Below, piece by piece: positions 61,099 to 64,000 of a stretch of 64,000 bases of DNA (position 1 is the stretch's first letter; each line of letters begins with the position of its first letter). A model generated the notes under the pieces. The model worked only from the letters and a program-made list of their open reading frames with translations. It searched no databases and was not told the origin of the DNA. Made by a program: the position numbers and the translations under genes. The stretch lies in NCBI GenBank assembly GCA_965227295.1, contig OZ245742.1, positions 2,720,001 through 2,784,000 of the forward strand. Reading direction: 5' to 3'. The stretch is from Leptonemataceae bacterium. GTDB taxonomy: Bacteria; Spirochaetota; Leptospiria; Leptospirales; Leptonemataceae.

Positions 61099-61255
61099 GT
61101 GGTCACCGCCGATGACCAGGCAAAGTTAACACCGGCGTCGGTTCTGGCCGATCTAAAGGCCGGCAACGAGCGCTTCGTTTCGGAGCAGATGATCAACCGC
61201 GATTACGATGTGCAGGTCGAAGGGACGGCCGACGGTCAGTTTCCGAAAGCGTTGC
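61099..61255 (+). pseudogene. N-terminal fragment of a beta-carbonic anhydrase
   Basis: 'QAKLTPASVLADLKAGNERFV...GQFPKA'; similarity ends before the CxDSR motif. Confidence 0.65.
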
Positions 61256-61381
61256 CGGCGCATCTTACCGCTTCCCCGCGGAAAGATGCGTCGTGCCCGC
61301 GCCTGCGTTCGTCTCCGGCCCGATCGTAACGCCGGGCAAATCCCCCTTGCGAATCCTGGTTCTCCGGCGTCCGTGGTTCTC

Positions 61382-62803
61382 ATGCCTTTATCCGCCGAAA
61401 CTCTGTTAGAGTACCATCGCAAACATGCGTGGCAGCCGTTCACGCAGATGAAGCTCGCTCCGGATCCGGTGTTCATTGAACGCGGGGAGGGCGTGTATCT
61501 CCACACCCGCGACGGTCGCAAGCTGATCGACGGCGTTGGTTCCTGGTGGGTGAACGTACACGGCCATGCGCATCCGTACATCAACGCGAAGCTGCGTGAA
61601 CAGAGCGAGCGGCTGGAACACGTCATCTACGCCGGCCTGGCCCATGAACCGGCGACGGTGCTCGCCGAACGTTTGAGCGCGGCGACGGGCCATGCACTCC
61701 CGCGCGTGTTTTACTCGGATAACGGCTCCACCGCCGTGGAGATCGGCCTCAAGATGGCGTTTCAGTATTTTGCAAACGGCATCAAAAGTAAGTCGTCAGC
61801 GAAAAGCGAGTTCATTGCTCTCGGCGACGGCTATCACGGCGACACCCTGGGAGCCATGTCCGTCGGTGCTCGCGGGGTTTTCCACAAGATGTTCGAACCG
61901 CTGCTTTTCCCGGTGCATCACGTGCCGGCGCCGAAGATCGCGTTCGCGGATTTCGACGATGCATCCGCCGTGGATACGGGGCTGGCGCCGGTGATCGATC
62001 GCCTGGAACAACTGCTGAACGGACGCGCGGACAGGATCTGCGCTTTGATCCTCGAGCCCCTGGTCCAGGGCGCTTCGGCGGGTTTCAACATGTATCCGCC
62101 CGCGTTGCTGAAGACCGTTCGGGAGTTGTGTGATCGGCACGAGGTCTTTTTGATCGCCGACGAGGTCTTCACCGGTTGCGGCCGTACGGGGACATTCTTC
62201 GCCTGCGAGCATGCTAACATTCAGCCGGATATTCTTTGCATTTCCAAGGCGCTCTCCGGCGGCTATCTGCCGTTCGCCGTCACCATGGCCACGGAGCAGG
62301 TCTTCGCCGGATTCTACAGCGACGATCGGCGGCATACCCTTTTTCACGGCCACAGCATGACGGCGAACCCCCTGGGCTGCGCCACGGCCCTGGCCAGCCT
62401 GGATTTGATTGAGGGCGTCCTTCCGGCGGACGCAAGCGGTAAGGTACAGGTACAAGATATTTACGAAAATGATCTAACATTTTCGCGCAGCGATCTAATG
62501 CAGGTCCGTGAACTGGAACGCCGACATGCGGGCCACCAGGAACGCCTGATCTCGGGACCGGCCGGTCGTTTTCTCAAAGAAGTGCGCTGCCTGGGGTCCG
62601 TGGGCGCCGTGGAGCTGGAAGCCGACGAGCGGTACATTTCCGAATTCTCGTGGAAGCTCATGTCCACGGCCGTTTCGAAAGGAGCGCTCCTGCGTCCCCT
62701 GGGCAACGTCGTCTATCTTACTCCGGCCTACAACATCGGCGACGCCGAACTGGGCCGGCTCTACGAAGTTCTGCAAGACTGCCTCACCGAACTCCTGGGC
62801 TGA
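61382..62803 (+). CDS. bioA: Adenosylmethionine-8-amino-7-oxononanoate aminotransferase
   Basis: 'WQPFTQM', 'SWWVNVHGH', 'DNGSTAVE', 'YHGDTLG', 'SKALSGG', 'LRPLGN'. Confidence 0.95.
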   Translation: MPLSAETLLEYHRKHAWQPFTQMKLAPDPVFIERGEGVYLHTRDGRKLIDGVGSWWVNVHGHAHPYINAKLREQSERLEHVIYAGLAHEPATVLAERLSAATGHALPRVFYSDNGSTAVEIGLKMAFQYFANGIKSKSSAKSEFIALGDGYHGDTLGAMSVGARGVFHKMFEPLLFPVHHVPAPKIAFADFDDASAVDTGLAPVIDRLEQLLNGRADRICALILEPLVQGASAGFNMYPPALLKTVRELCDRHEVFLIADEVFTGCGRTGTFFACEHANIQPDILCISKALSGGYLPFAVTMATEQVFAGFYSDDRRHTLFHGHSMTANPLGCATALASLDLIEGVLPADASGKVQVQDIYENDLTFSRSDLMQVRELERRHAGHQERLISGPAGRFLKEVRCLGSVGAVELEADERYISEFSWKLMSTAVSKGALLRPLGNVVYLTPAYNIGDAELGRLYEVLQDCLTELLG

Positions 62804-62859
62804 GCGCGGCAAAAAAAGGTGACGTAAACCTGGGCCGACCGTATTCTGGAATCGTGACC

Positions 62860-63693
62860 GTGTCGTACCAACAGAGCGAACTCTATCACCTGCTTGAACA
62901 GAACCCGCCGCCGGTAAACCAGATTAAGCAGGCCCTGGAAAGCGTGGAACCGGCCCTCGTCGCCGAGCTCGTGGAGAACGAGCCGGAGGTCACTTTCCTG
63001 GTGGACTACTACTTCCGCCTGTTGCCGGATCACGTCGGCGCTCGCGTGGTAAGTGCGCCTGAGTTTACATTACGGGCCGCGCTGGAACTCTTTAACTGTC
63101 AGATCCTGCGTTACCAGCGCCGCAGCCTGCACAGTGACGACTACGACGTGGCCTATGCGTCGATGATGGAGTCCTACTGGCGCGAGGTGAACCCGGAGAA
63201 ACTCACACAGATTTTTCAGGAGATGCTGAACCTGGGCAAGTCGAATCATTTCGCCGCGCTCATGATCCTGCAACAGATGGACCTGGACAACCTGGTGTTC
63301 ATGCAGCAGCAACCGCAGTTTCGTTCGAAGGCCATGCTGGCTTTGTTCAAGGACCTCGGCGGCAATGTGCGCAAGCTCATCTCCGAAAACCTGGACCTCT
63401 TCGACTTCGTGTACCGCCTGGCCTCGGACGTCGACGATCAACAGTATCTGGGTTTCCTGGACGAGTTCACTTCGTTCATTATGGAAATTCGCATTGCCCG
63501 GACCCTGGCCGACGACGCCGCCCGGCGCGCGGATGAGCGCGGCAAAGTCCCGTTGAACACGCTCGTCCATTTGCTGGACGGCATTCCGGACGAAAGCCGG
63601 CGCATGACCCTGGAACTCCTGCGCCAGCGCGGCCACATCGATCCGGGCTTGATGCAGGGACTCATGCAACTGCAGGCGGACTTGAAGAAGTGA
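62860..63693 (+). CDS. Hypothetical helical protein (start 62854 or 62860)
   Basis: 3' part of the 62650..63693 ORF with normal codon usage. Confidence 0.7.
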   Translation: MSYQQSELYHLLEQNPPPVNQIKQALESVEPALVAELVENEPEVTFLVDYYFRLLPDHVGARVVSAPEFTLRAALELFNCQILRYQRRSLHSDDYDVAYASMMESYWREVNPEKLTQIFQEMLNLGKSNHFAALMILQQMDLDNLVFMQQQPQFRSKAMLALFKDLGGNVRKLISENLDLFDFVYRLASDVDDQQYLGFLDEFTSFIMEIRIARTLADDAARRADERGKVPLNTLVHLLDGIPDESRRMTLELLRQRGHIDPGLMQGLMQLQADLKK

Positions 63694-63726
63694 ATTCAGC
63701 CACCGGGGGCACGGAGAACGGTTTTT

Positions 63727-63859
63727 CGCGCCAGGGATGCGAAGGGTTGCGCGAAGCGCAATTCCGGAGCGCGAAGCGCGGAGGAACGAAGCGATAGCGG
63801 AGCCCGTAGCAGCCCGACGGGCCGCCGCCTCCGCGGCGCGGCGGCCCGGGGCGCCCAAA
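63727..63859 (+). ncRNA. Flavo-1-like structured intergenic element, copy 2
   Basis: CGCGCCAGGGATGCGAAGGG...AGCCCG-[stem 63818-63848]-GGCGCCCAAA. Confidence 0.5.
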
Positions 63860-63928
63860 TAGATTTCTACTGAACCACACTTAAGCCTCGGGCATTGTTC
63901 GAATATGAAATACTAAAAGGACCACGTT

Positions 63929-64000
63929 ATGAAACAAAAGATCGGCATACTCGGCAGCGGCATCGTTGCGCAGACTCTGGGCAGCGGTTGCATCGGCGCC
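63929..64000 (+). CDS. 5' end of an NAD(P)-binding oxidoreductase (F420-dependent NADP reductase-like), runs off window
   Basis: MKQKIGILGSGIVAQTLG Rossmann motif; AAGGA RBS. Confidence 0.7.
   Translation, partial: MKQKIGILGSGIVAQTLGSGCIGA

Overview
GC-rich bacterial chromosomal window, probably from a Leptospirales-like spirochaete (inferred from the RlpA/SPOR lipoprotein, a FecR-domain protein, lipoproteins with CxxDGxxC repeats and a CNG-type channel). It holds about 60 housekeeping, signalling, lipid-metabolism and secreted-protein genes (rlpA, YeeE/YedE pair, CNG channel, acyl-CoA dehydrogenase operon, ECF41 sigma, a 1828-aa kinase-AAA-GAF-cyclase, ccmE, acs with an acetate-type symporter, bioD, bioA) and several gene remnants. 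I found no rRNA, tRNA or CRISPR. The main unexplained signal is a non-coding repeat family with a 325-330 bp unit. It forms head-to-tail arrays at two loci about 48 kb apart (6270-7235, about 3 units; 55067-55700, about 2 units), each between convergent genes. The copies are mosaics of one another and share a hairpin whose substitutions preserve pairing (G.U to A-U, cUUCGg loop), which points to a structured RNA or ssDNA element. Other candidates: two Flavo-1-like intergenic elements, a 145-bp element with 15-bp terminal inverted repeats, tandem lipoprotein paralogues with near-identical 5' ends, a histone-H1-like/TM/LysM protein, and two AT-rich islets (DUF4365 pair; DUF6338 plus a 42-aa ORF). 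All family assignments come from motif recognition by eye, not from database searches.
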